Of a stretch of DNA of 64,000 nt, positions 37,000 to 49,324 are shown one piece after another; position 1 is the first letter of the stretch; every line of letters starts with the position of its first letter. Under the pieces are notes generated by a model that had not been told where the DNA came from, searched no databases, and saw nothing but the letters and a program-made list of their open reading frames with translations. Origin of the DNA: Epiperipatus broadwayi (Eukaryota; Animalia; Onychophora); contig JAQFVV010000002.1 of NCBI GenBank assembly GCA_028023455.1, positions 8,928,001-8,992,000 of the forward strand. Reading direction: 5' to 3'. The translations under genes were made by a program, and so were the position numbers.

Positions 37000-39900
37000 T
37001 GTAACCATTTATTTTGCATAGAAAATAAATATGTGTAATCTAGTATCTAACAATCTCCCCCCCCCCACCATAATTATACAAGATTAGCTAGTATTATCTT
37101 TATTAACTTAATTGAGTAACTTGATGCTCTATTTTACATATTTAATACTGTATTATTATTTTTTATTCATTTAAGTATATGTCAACATCAAGCAAGATTG
37201 CTATATATCCAACTACTGATTTTGACAAGTAAAACAATATTTCATAAACGTATCTGTTGAAAAAAGTTTTTTTCTTTCTTTTCTTTTATTAATGTTCAAA
37301 GTTAGATAATTTTTTATTAACAAATAATTTTTTAAAAAAAAGAGGATATATATATTATAAAAGTACTTAAAACCATTATTCTATAGTTATTTAAATGATA
37401 TATAAATCATTTCCAATGTGAATGTTCTTAGGTGCCTATCAATTGTAATGACCTCCTTCTGTTAATTGTGTTGATTGGAACCATGTGTTACTCTACAATG
37501 AGTATAAAAGAGACAATTTCAAAAGCATGATGGTCACTTCACTCACTTCTTCATCATCACTGTCAATTGGTCATACTATTATTTTTCCTGCTGAATTCTA
37601 GAATCAAGTTGTTTAAGTTTTAATTATTTTGAAAAACAATATGTGTTGCTAGAAAGAAAATTATATTTAAGCAATCAATCTTTAAAGTTATACTATTTTA
37701 CTTTAATCTGTCTGAATAGCTACAAATGAAGGAAAGAATAGCAAATTTCTATGGGGACAGAAGCTGAAACTTCAATGACGCAATTTGAGGTATTCTATGT
37801 CTTATATTCTTATGAATTTTATAAATTTTGGTAAATCTTATTACAGTATTCTATTTAAAATTAGATATTTATTTAATCATTCATCAATAACTATATTGCT
37901 CTTACTTGGTTAATTTATGACTAAAGTGTTTACAGCTGATTATAAAATATAATTATGGATTGATATTTATTATATCATTCTTGATTTGACAACTACATTC
38001 GAATATGTACTTTACTATGATATTTTATTATGGAATCTAATTACCTTTGGATATACTTATGGGTTTATGATGTGCTTGTTTTATTTAGATGACTGCTGAT
38101 ATACATATATTTACAACATATCCAATATATTTCATTTATACTGCATTTATTATAATCTGCTTATATATAGTATATAATTCCTTTTATTTGAATCCATGTT
38201 TGATATATACATTTTTATTGAGGAGCATATTCAAATTGTTTCTTTAATTTAAATGAATACGTTAATCTTTATAAAGTAATAAAAGTTCCATCCATTATAA
38301 GATCAACATGATTCTAGAAATCTTTCAAAAGGAATCCCTATTTTACTGTATTATTTATCTAACATAAATTCATTATGAAAATTCTTTACTGAAGATGTCT
38401 ATAATTATGGAATGGTTCTTGTAAATAAGTGAAACAAAACATATGGTCATTAAAGTGATCATACTTGCAGTTGTGTGAAAATTATTTTTACTCTGGAGAT
38501 AAAAAATAGGAAGAAACCATTTAAAGATTTTTCTTTAATGTTATTATTAGGATGTTTTAAATATTAAGTATTTTCAATATTTGTTAATCTCATTTTGGGG
38601 GGAATGGGTATATTAACATGTACAATTACATATTTAAAGGTGGTATGTAAATGGGTTTATTCAGGTTATTGTGATCTGGAAACGCAGCTAGGAATTTATG
38701 TATTTTTTTTAAACATTTAATAAGGATAGATACACTATTTTATATATTGTATATTTTACATTGAATCGGTGTATAATTTCTATTATTAGTAGTATTATAA
38801 TTATAATTTTAAAATTAGCTGTTTATTTGTTTCATACATATGTTTGTATTGGTCTTTTGATTATTCATTTTGCTATATGTGTTGTAAGTATGAGTAAATA
38901 CGTTTTGAGGTTTGTCATTTATTATTATACCAATGCTTTTCTTTTCATTATGGGTATTTCATGTTTGTATTGGTCTTTTGATTATTCATTTTGCTATACG
39001 TGTTGTAAGTATGAGTAAATATGTTTTGAGGTTTGTCATTTATTATTATACCAATGCTTTCCTTTTCATTATGGGTATTTCTACTTTTAATCATGTATTT
39101 ATTGTGACAATTATATTGAAGGTTTCTTATTTGCTTAGATATTATTTGTTAAACCTGTCTTTATGTTAGTGGCAGATACTAATGAAACACTTGTATATGT
39201 GTAGCATGGAGCCAGTATTGCTCTGCTTATTTTAGTGTAGGCTTGCTTTTCTCACCATCATTGCCTGTAAATATTTATGTATTTCAGTTATGTACTATAA
39301 AAGGCATTTGTGTGATTATATCTTTTACTCCTTTTTGTATATTTTCAAAAGATTGTGTATTGAGTAAAGTATTGAGTTTGTACTACTCTACTCCATGAGT
39401 TATCTAAGACTAATGCAACATATTTGTTTATATTATATGTAGTTTAAATTATTAATTATATATTAAGTTAAGGAAATTGTAAGCTGATTTCAATGTAGAT
39501 ATACTTTATTATATTTTTAGCCACAGTTACATTATTGATCCATCCAGAAGCGCTGATTGTGCTTGGTATGTATCACTGAATATGAAATTCAAACTGTAGG
39601 AGATTTGTCTTTCTTTATTTATTCATTTGTGTAAAGTAAATATATCACAGATATATTATATCACATGTGTATTATATCTAACTTAAACATTAATTGATAT
39701 GTAGGTTTTTTTAATATATTGTTTTGGAAATAATAATAAATAAATTATATAGTTTGTCAAATTGTAAACTAAAAGAAATATATTTAGTCTTTGTAATAAA
39801 TATTTATTTTATTCTTAAATTATGTTTCTGTGTCTATTGACATTTGTCATATCCATATACCAGAAAATCCATTTAAATAATAAAAGTATTTGAAGTGTAT

Positions 39901-40656
39901 ATAAGAATGCATATTATTTTGAAATTGTCACATTGATACAATTCATGCAATCTATTATATATGCAATTAGATTTATATAAGATTACTTTATAGTTTTTGT
40001 TGTTGTTAAGGTACTTAGTGATGTGTTGGTATAACAAAATGCCCTTTTACCTAATGCATCATTTTAGCTTTGCTTTCATTAGATAATTATTTTAAATTCT
40101 AAGAAAACTTGAATTTTTATAGTTAATGATATAAGAACCAAAATAAGAGTTAATCTTTGCTAGCCAATATTGTGTTTAAACCCATCTTTAGATGAACCTG
40201 TATTTCATTATAAAGAAAAAAAGTGTTGAGAAGATGTTAAGAAAATAAAAGTCTCATTGCTATTATCGCTACTATTTAGTTAAAGAACCTAATTTATCTT
40301 ATTATTTTAGATTATCATTGTAAAGCTGGTATTCTTTACAACTAAATTATTTAATATTTAATACCCTGAAATTAATTATTATTAATGTTTGTAGAATGTT
40401 ACAATTAAGTATCAATCAACCATTGGTCTATCCACATCTTATAAATAATGTATTAATTACTGTGTGCTTTACCTATGAGAGGACTTACATGTTTATATAA
40501 TGCATTAGAGTTCTTGTACTAATCTTGTGTTTAGACCTATATTTTATTTTATGGTTACTTGGTCATTTTTTGGAAGGTTGTTATGTTCATGGATTTCAGC
40601 TTATCCAATATGTGGCGTTTGTTCAGCCATAACATACTGATTGATTGCAGGTAACA
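37000..40656 (+). repeat. 5' LTR (3657 bp)
   Basis: TGTAACCATTTATTTTGCATAG...GATTGCAGGTAACA. It aligns end to end with 43669-48264. Confidence 0.88.
38840..39081 (+). repeat. 121-bp tandem duplication present only in the 5' LTR
   Basis: 38840-38960 and 38961-39081 differ by 3 C/T changes. The 3' LTR has a single copy (~46580-46700). Confidence 0.95.
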
Positions 40657-40667
40657 TTTGCAATTTT

Positions 40668-40687
40668 TGGCATCTCAATGTCAGGCC
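40668..40687 (+). other. Degenerate primer-binding site candidate
   Basis: TGGCATCTCAATGTCAGGCC lies 11 nt after the 5' LTR and loosely resembles the tRNA-Lys-type PBS TGGCGCCCAACGTGGGGC. Confidence 0.3.
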
Positions 40688-41214
40688 TCAACTAATTAGT
40701 TAAAGCTGAGGTCTCATTTGTGGATTTGGGTGCCAAAACTCAGGCTTGATTAATTGCTTAGGGATAAGATCTTATTTGCACGACAAATAAAGCTCATTAG
40801 TTGGTTTGTACTTAGGTTTTCAACTTAATCGTATCAATTTTACAAGCCTACATTAAAATTTATTAATTGCATGAATACTAGTATTAAGATTGCATTATTT
40901 GATTTGCACTTTAATAATAATAAAATATTAAATATATTTTTTCAATGTTATGCATAGTCTCAAAATATTTTATATGATTGTCTAGTGACAATGGCAATTG
41001 TAATATTCCAAGAATGTAATATTATATTAAACACCAATGTTATTAGTAATCCATAAATCATTGTGATGACAAATAATGTGAAGTAAATATAGTTGTAAAA
41101 GCTGTGTATTTTTTTCTTAAGTTATCTTGATGTAAATGTGAAACATCTTATTTAGTGAGGATTATTGTATATAGTACTAATTTGGAGGTTGGTTTGCTTA
41201 GATAGATTATAAAT

Positions 41215-41500
41215 TATAAATATTGGTTGGATGATTGAGGAGTTGGAGTGCATAATAGATTGGAGCCTGTCCATTAAAGTATGAAGATTGTCTATCTTAA
41301 TATATATCTGAGCACTTATAGTATATATGTGTGGGAGATGATAATCTGGAACAACTGATGATTGCTGGTGTAGTGTGAAATACGTATATTGGTGATTATT
41401 TATCTTTTCAGCATATATGTGCTTGAGTGTATCAGTGTTATTAGATAGAGTGGAGAGTGGTGGGACATGTGAAAGTCTGTGCTCATATACTCTATGTATT
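41215..41500 (+). repeat. Copy of the outer part of one arm of the 29430-30188 foldback
   Basis: GAGTTGGAG...AGCCTGTCCATTAAAGT...TGTGTGGGAGATGA...TATTGGTGATTATTTATCTTTTC...GAAAGTCTG matches 29905-30190. Confidence 0.9.
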
Positions 41501-41509
41501 AAATATTGT

Positions 41510-43466
41510 TATAAAGATTTTGATAGTGATAAATTGAAATTTTAAGAGATTGTGATAATGTTATTAGTGTTGTGACTTTAAAAAAAATTATGTGTAATTT
41601 AGAGGAAAATGCTCAATAGATAGAGAATCCAAATGTAGAATTCATTAATTCTTATAACCTATTGATCCATATAATAAAGAGTATAATTAAGCTGTTTGAA
41701 AAATGTAGTGAAAAATATAAAACATTCAAAAAGAAGATGAAATAATCTATAGAAAAGGAGATAGGAGAAAAAAAAATCTATAGCACAAATGTTAAGTCAA
41801 TATACAGAACCTCAAAAAGAGTTCAAATAATATATAAGGAAGTCATATTTAAAATTAAAAGAATCTCAAAAGTGTCAGTTAAAAAAATAAAAGCAGTGCA
41901 AGTGAGAAAAGTATCAGATGTAATATGATCTTGGATAGAACCTTTGGGGAAAATATAAAACCTTCAAGAGGTCCAATTAATTGATTTAAAAGATTATCAA
42001 GAAAATTGATAGAGTTAAAGGAAATGCCAGATGATAACCTATTAAAGCCAGATGAAATTCAAAATAATTTTGATACAAATATTAGGAAAGATGTTCAAAA
42101 TGAGAAAGTGAAATCATAGATAAGTGTAATGGTCTGTCTGAGTTAATTGAGGTTAATTATGTAAATAATAAAGATAATTCTATTACTGGCCTAGAGACAT
42201 TACAAGAGAGTCAGTCAGTAAAATTAGAAAATGTAACAGAGCACAACTTTTGGATTTACTAGATTCCCATATAGAACCTATATAAGCTACAATAGAAAAT
42301 CATAAAGTTGTTGAGAAGAGAATTGAATCTCTTGGGAATAAAATTGATGGACACATAGAATCTTTAGGAAAATATGATAAAACTTTAGAATGTGTAATGA
42401 TGAAAATTGAAAAATGTCAGAAAAATATATATATACCAAGTTAAAGTAGAGAAGCCTTTAATAGATTCAGATAAATCACCAGATAGTCAATTGAAAGAGA
42501 TGGAAAAAGTTGAAGAGAGTCAAATATTGAACTTTGTAGACCCTCAAATACAATCTAAAAATTGTCAAGACAGTACATTAGTAGAGATAGATGAACCCAT
42601 AGAGAGCAAATCCGATGATGTTCCCAAAATATTAAAAAATAATTACAAAGAGCTAGGAATGCCTCTAATGGAATTAGATGCCTTACAAAAAAATAATTTA
42701 ACAAAAATCCATCAGTTATTAGATATTAAATTGTTAGAGTTGGTTGATTTGCCAAATAGTATTAATGCTAAAATGAAGTGTAAAATGAAGCTTGAATGTG
42801 TAGAAGATCTAGTGTTTAATTAGTTAGTGGAAAATAAAAGTACATTAGAAAATAGTTTTTCCCAATATTCTCAAGTTAATGTGGGTAAAATATCCACTAA
42901 TACTAAGATAAATGGTAAAATGAAAGTCATTTCTAAGAAGTTTATTTTGTTTGATCAGTTCAAAGTTTCTAAAAAATTATCAATAAGTGGAAAAATAAAT
43001 TGCAAAATGAAAACTGTTGCTTGGAAGAATATCTGTATTTATTGTTTCTAGACAACAGAGAATTATCAGGATGTGCAAAAGTAAATTGTAAACTGAAATC
43101 TATGCTTAAGAAGTTCATTTTATTTGATTTATTTAATGGGAACAGAAATTATTAATAAGTAGAACAATTAAATGTAAAATGAAACCTGTTTTTTAAAAAA
43201 CATGTATTATTTAATCAGTTTGATATCAATGAAATGTTGTTCTTTGATGCTAAGATTAGATGCAAGATGAAAGTAGTTTTGTAAAACTTATCTCATTTGA
43301 ATCATCTATTGCTATTAGAAAGCTGTTGGTAGGTAATAGAATCAGATGCAAAATGAAAATAGAATCTATGGGGGAATCCTATATAATCAATATCTTAATT
43401 CATAAAACAATAGTGCATAATGCCTATAATGCACACAGTTTAAGACCAATGCCATCTGCAAATTAA
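41510..43466 (+). pseudogene. Decayed internal ORF: coiled-coil gag-like region, six ~29-aa repeats and an integrase-tail remnant
   Basis: KVVEKRIESLGNKIDGHIESLGKYDKTLE (coiled coil), an 86-88-bp periodic KI(N/R)CKMK motif, and the ending AYNAHSLRP, which resembles SYNARSLKS at ~470-495. Confidence 0.55.
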
Positions 43467-43651
43467 TTAGCAAATTTATGTACAGATTCTTAATGCCAAT
43501 GCCTTAAATAAGATTTTGGGATTGATAAATGAAATAAGACTTAAAGAAAACTATTAGTAGAATGGCAAATTTAAGAAAGATAGTATATTAAAACGTATAC
43601 TCCTGTTATGTCTTAAAGTACTTTAATTGAATTAAAATTTTTTTTTTATCT

Positions 43652-43660
43652 GTGGGAGGA
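43652..43660 (+). other. Polypurine tract
   Basis: GTGGGAGGA lies 8 nt upstream of the 3' LTR start TGTGAC (43669). Confidence 0.55.
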
Positions 43661-45232
43661 TGTAAAACTGTGACCATTTATTTTGCATAGAAAATAAAAT
43701 ATGAGTGCAATCTAGTATCTAACCCCTCCCCCCAATTATAAAAGATTAGCTGGTATTATTTTTATTAACTTAATTGAGTAACTTCATGCTCTATTTTATA
43801 TATTTAATATTATATAATTATAATTTTTTTATTCATTTAAGTATATGTCAATATCAAGCAAGGTTTCTATATACCCAACTACTGATTTTGAGAAATTAAG
43901 CCTAACTTTTATAAATTTATCTGTTAAAAAGAGTTACAAATATTTTTTTTTTTTTTAAAAAAAAATGGAATTATATATATAAAAGTACTTAAAACAATTT
44001 TTCTATAGTTATTTAAATATGTAAATTATTTCTGGTGCAAATGTTCTTAAGTTTCTATCAATTGTAATATCCCCCCCCCTCCTTTTGTTAAATGTGTTGA
44101 TTGAAATCACATATTACTCTAAAATGAGTATAAAAGAGAATTCTGAAAGCATAATGGTCACTTCACTCACTCTATTATCACTGTCAATTGGTCATATTAT
44201 TATTTTTGTTGGCTGAATTCTACAAATCAAGTTGTTTAAGTTTTAATTGTTTTGAAGAACAAGACAATATGTTGTGCTAGAAAGAAAACTATATTCAAGT
44301 AATCAATCTTTAAATTTATGCTATTTTACTTTAATTTCTCTGAATGTCTACAAATGGAGGAAATAAAAGCTAATTTCTATGGGGATAGAAGCTGAAACTT
44401 CAATGATGCAATTCAAGCTATTCTATGTCTTATATTCTTACAAACTTTGTCAATTTTGCTAAATCTTATTACAATATTTTATTTAAAATTAGAGATTTAT
44501 TACATCATTTTACAAGAGATTGATCTTAATTGATTAATTTATGGCTAAAGTGTTTATAGCTGATTATAAAGTATAATTATGGATTGATATTTATTATATC
44601 CTTCTTAATTTGATATCTGCATTTGAGTATATGCTTTACTATGATTATCTTTAGATATACATATGGATATGATGTTCTTGATTTATTTAGATGACCACTC
44701 TGAAACATATATATTTTCAACTTATCTAATATATTTCATTTATACTACATTTATTATAGTCTACTTATATAAAATATATAATTCCTTTTATTTGAATGCA
44801 ACTTTGATATATATGTTTTTATTGCAGAGCAGATTCAATTTGTTTCTTTAATTTAAACTATTACTTTAATCTTTGCAAATATGGTTTTAGAAATATTTCA
44901 AACTGTATTGCTATCCTACTGCATTATTTATTTAATATAAATTTATTATGGAAATTCTCTACTGAAGATATACATAATTATGGAATCATTCTTTATGTGC
45001 TTATAAATAAGTGAAACAAGACATAGTCATTAAAATAATCAAACTTGCAAGTGTGTGAAAATAATTTTCACTCTGAAGGCGCACAAAAAAAAATGTGTAG
45101 TTTTTTTTTATGTTATTAAGTTGTTTTAAATATATATTTCCAATATTTGTAAATCTCATTTTTTCTTTGGGAGGGGGGTATATTAACATGTATAATCATG
45201 TATTTAAAAGTGGTATGCAAATGGTTTTAGTC

Positions 45233-46405
45233 GATACTTTGGTATTATGGCTGCAACGTAGCATAGGGGAGATAGAAGGCCTTTTTACACCCACCATAAA
45301 TGTGTAATGTCGTGATGACATCAAAGAAAGTAATCCCTGTGAGTATATGTGAAAATGTGGTTTTTTAATTAATGTGATCTTTTTATTCGTAATACGTCAA
45401 CATTTTCAGTCTCATAATTAATATGTATTTTTTTTTTTGGGGGGGGGGGGTTATTTTGTTTAAATATGTTTTTTTTGTAGTTTTTGTTTCATTGTTTCTT
45501 GGCTTAATTTGTTTATAGAAAAAATATGTTTATTAGCATTTCTGTTGAAAATCCCAATATGCTCTGCAATCATGTTCTACATTTTCAGAGGGAAAATTTT
45601 TAGTACAGATGTCCATTTTCTGTGATAATATTAGTTTTTTTTTGTTTCAAGGTGACAATTCCTGTTATATATTACACAGTAAATATTGTATGAGTATACT
45701 TAATGTGTTTTTATAAATATTATTTAAAAACCCAAATCATTTATTGTTTGTCAAGTAACAATTTTTTTGTGTAATAGTGTCATTTCATTAAGATCACAAA
45801 TCACATTTTTTTATTAATGTCATTCTTAAAAGTTATTACTGTGGAAGTTGTACATATAGTTGTACATCTTTTTATAAATATTATTTAAAAACTAAAATCA
45901 TTTACTGTTTGTTTAGTGTGTATTTAAACTAAGAATTTCTTTGTGTAATGCTGTCATTTTGTTAAGATCGCAATTAACATTTTTTTTGCTTTCAAATGGC
46001 ATTCTTCATTAAGATCACAAATCTCTTTTTTTTTTTGATTTCCAATGTTCTTAAAAGTTGTTAATGTCCAAGTCATACATATTTGAATGTCTTATTTAAA
46101 ATTGTATTGTTTTTACTTTTATTTATTTTTAGTCATGCAAGATGGAACATGTATTAGATTTACTGCACCTGTCGACATTTGTATCAACCTCCTAATAACT
46201 TTGTACATCTTGTCAAAATACCATGTGTGAGATCCATGTACACATTCTTTTTTTTTTTTTTGCTAAAAAAGGCATGTACAAGATCTGTGTACATTATTTT
46301 GGTTAGATCCCAAGATTACAAAGTTATCAGTGGATTGATACGAATGTGAACAGGTGCAGTAGGTCTAATACATGCTCTGTGTCACAACTCTAATACCAAA
46401 GTATC
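45233..46405. mobile_element. Non-autonomous DNA transposon nested in the 3' LTR
   Basis: Absent from the 5' LTR. It has a perfect 15-bp TIR, GATACTTTGGTATTA (45233-45247)/TAATACCAAAGTATC (46391-46405), which extends imperfectly to ~33 bp. The TSD is ambiguous. Confidence 0.8.
46148..46374. repeat. ~227-bp internal foldback
   Basis: CATGTATTAGATTTACTGCACCTG...AACTTTGTACATCTTG pairs with CAAGATTACAAAGTT...CAGGTGCAGTAGGTCTAATACATG. Confidence 0.85.
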
Positions 46406-48627
46406 CATTGTCATTGTGTTCTGGAAGATCGCAGTGAGGAATTTGTATATATATTTTTTAAACATTTAATAAGGACAGAGTGACTATTTTATATATTGTA
46501 TATTTTGCATTGAATCGGTGTATAATTTCTATTATTATTATTATAATTTTAAAATTAGCTGTTTATTTGTCTCATACATATGTTTGTATTGATCTTTTGA
46601 TTATTCATTTTGCTACATGTGTTATAAGTATAAGTAAATGTAGTTTGAGATTTGCCATTTAATTATTATTTCACTGCCTTTTATTCCATTGCAGTTATTT
46701 CTAGTTTTAATTACTTATTTATTGTGACAATTATATTGATGGTTTCTCATTTGCTTAGATATTATTTGTTAAGGCTTACTTTGTGTTAGTAGTATATATT
46801 AATGGGATGCTTGTATACACGTAGCATATAGCCAGTATTGCTTTGCTTATTTTAGGGTAGGCTTGTTTTTCTCACCATCATTATCTGTAAATATTTATGT
46901 ATTGCAGTTTATGTACTATAAAAGGCATTTGTGTGATTATATTCTCTACTCTTTATTATATATTTTCAAATCATTGCGTGTTAAGTATTGAGTTTGTACT
47001 CTTCTACTCTCTGCGCCTTTTATTTTCTAAGACTAATTCAATGTACTTGTTTATATTATATATCGTTTACATTATTAATTATATATTAAGAAATTGTAAG
47101 CTGATATCTATGTAGATATACTTTATTATATTACTAGCCACAATTATATTATTGGTCCATCCAGATGCACTGATTGTACTTGATATATATCACTGAATAT
47201 GAAATTCAAATTGTAGACATTTTCCTTTATTTATTCATGTATCTAAATATATCACAGATATGGTATATCATATATGTATTATATCTCATATATATATATG
47301 CATTATATTTCATTGGTGTAGAGGTTTCTTTAAATTATTTTTTTGTAAATAATATTAAATAAGTTATATATTTGTCAAATTGTAAGAAAAGAAATATATT
47401 TGGTCTTTGTAATAAATATTTATTTTATTCTTTAATTACGTTTTTGTGTTCATTGTCATTTGTCACTTCCATATACTAGAAAATCTATTAAATAGTAAAA
47501 GTGTATATAAGATTACAGATTATTTTGAAATTGTGATATTGATACAATGCAATATATTATGTATGCAATTAGATTTATATAAGATTATTTTATTGATGTT
47601 ATTGTTGTTAGAGTACTTAGTGATATGTTGGTTCAACAAAATAACCTTTTATCTACTGCATTATTTTAGCTTTGCTTTTTTTAGATAATTATTTTAAATT
47701 TTAAGAAAACTTGATTTTATCTAATTAATGATATAAGAACCAAAAAAAGAGTTAATCTTTGCTGGCCAATATTATGTTTAAACTCATCTTTAGATAAATC
47801 TGTATTGCATTAAAAAGAAAGAAAGAGTTGATAAAATGTTAAGAAAATATGAGACTTATTGCTATTATCTCTACTATTTAGTTAAAGAACCGAATTTATC
47901 TTATTATTTTAGATTATCATTGTAAAGCTAGTATTCTTTACAACTAAATTATTTAATATTTAATGCCCTGAGATTATAATTTATTATTAATGTTTATAGA
48001 ATGTAACAATTAAGTATCAATCAACCATTGGTCTATCCACATCTTATAAATAATGTACTAATTACTGTGTGCTTAACCTATGAGAGGATTTATCTTATAT
48101 GTTTATCTAATGCATTAGAGTTCTTGCACTGATCCTGTGTTTAGATCTATATTTTATTTTATGGTTACTTGGTTATTCTTTGAAAGGTTACATTTATGGA
48201 TTTTAGCTTACCCAATGTATTGGCTTTTGATCAGCCATAAGATACCAATTGATTGCAGCTTACAATACGTACATATATACATGTCTAAATGCAACTCCTT
48301 ATTAGTTTATGTGCAAAGTCTCTTTATTGTCATGACATTTTGCTGTTAAGATTGAAAAGTGCATCTCTTGAATGCATATATGAAGACAGTAGTTGGCACA
48401 TTGTTAACTCAAACACCGCAAGCATAATTGGGCATTTAATGCTATGAGCTACATAGTGAGGAAGTGAGGTTACAGTGCCTAACCAATGATGGTTATTAAC
48501 TTGACTATTGGTACAGGTTCAGGTTACATTATGCTAAGTAAGAAAAGGCAATGATCACAAGAAGAGGCAGGATCAATGACAAATAGAAGCAAATTGACCA
48601 GAGTAATTCTGATCTGGTCTTTTTATA

Positions 48628-48770
48628 TCATTCACTTTTTTTAATTAACAAGCCCACTCATTTACCAATTTTTTTTAATTAACAAAACCAGTCATTTACC
48701 ACTTTTTTTAATTAACAAACCCAGTAATTATCTGTTTACCAATTCTCTAATTAGACAAGTCAGTAATTAT
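48628..48770 (+). repeat. 33-34-bp minisatellite, 3-4 units
   Basis: TTAATTAACAA recurs at 48641, 48675 and 48708, with a degenerate fourth unit near 48748. Confidence 0.75.
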
Positions 48771-49324
48771 TTTCATACATTTGATTTACAATTTTTTTTT
48801 TAATTTACTAAATCTGCTTGTTTATAGATAACACTTAAAATATTATAAATTGAAATCCAACATTTTCAAAATCAGGAACAAGGCTTTAAAAAATTGATTT
48901 TCTAAGAGTTTTAGTTAATAGAAAAAAAGTAGGAAAGAATTAAGAAAAGTTTTAAAGATTATTATTAAGTGTTGTTTCTATAATATAAATTCTAAACAGA
49001 TTCATTAAAAATAAATTTAGTTAAAAAAATAAAGAGTTACTTTATTCCTTTAAAACTAAGATAAAATTGACATAAATTAATTATATATGCAGACCTTTAT
49101 TAATGTGTTCTTATATAATACAAACTTATCAGTAAAACAAGTCATATATAATGTGACATTGCTTTTATAAACTGGTACACTCTCTGTATTACATTTCTGT
49201 AATACAAACTTGTATATAAATAAAAACTTAATGAGCTGAAATTTGATTTATAATTTTCCAACTATTACATTTGCAAAATAAATTAAAGATTGGGATAGAA
49301 GAGTCACTATCTCAATATATATAT

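Larger units (their letters stand above)
37000..48264 (+). mobile_element. Non-autonomous Gypsy-derived LTR element with very long LTRs (LARD-like)
   Basis: Two collinear LTRs with TGT(A/G)AC...(G/C)T(A/T)ACA termini, a 4-bp TSD-like pair ATAT (36996-36999)/ATAC (48265-48268), a PPT before the second LTR and a 3-kb interior without recognisable RT or RNase H. Confidence 0.85.
43669..48264 (+). repeat. 3' LTR (4596 bp including a nested insertion)
   Basis: TGTGACCATTTATTTTGCATAG...GATTGCAGCTTACA. It is collinear with the 5' LTR apart from 45233-46405. Confidence 0.88.

Noticed and set aside
37724-37890. Shared short frame with a hydrophobic segment in both giant LTRs (also ~44355-44520), suggesting an LTR-encoded membrane peptide
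   Set aside because: Both copies carry the same early TGA and the 5' copy has further stops. The similarity is explained by LTR identity alone.
38761-47688. I/L/F/Y-rich ORFs in the two giant LTRs (38761-39169 and 46480-47688)
   Set aside because: Low-complexity products of T-rich DNA. Frames are not conserved between the LTR copies.
48628-48770. Regularly spaced repeats as a CRISPR-like array (also 57295-57720)
   Set aside because: Units are contiguous with no unique spacers, there are no cas genes, and the context is eukaryotic.
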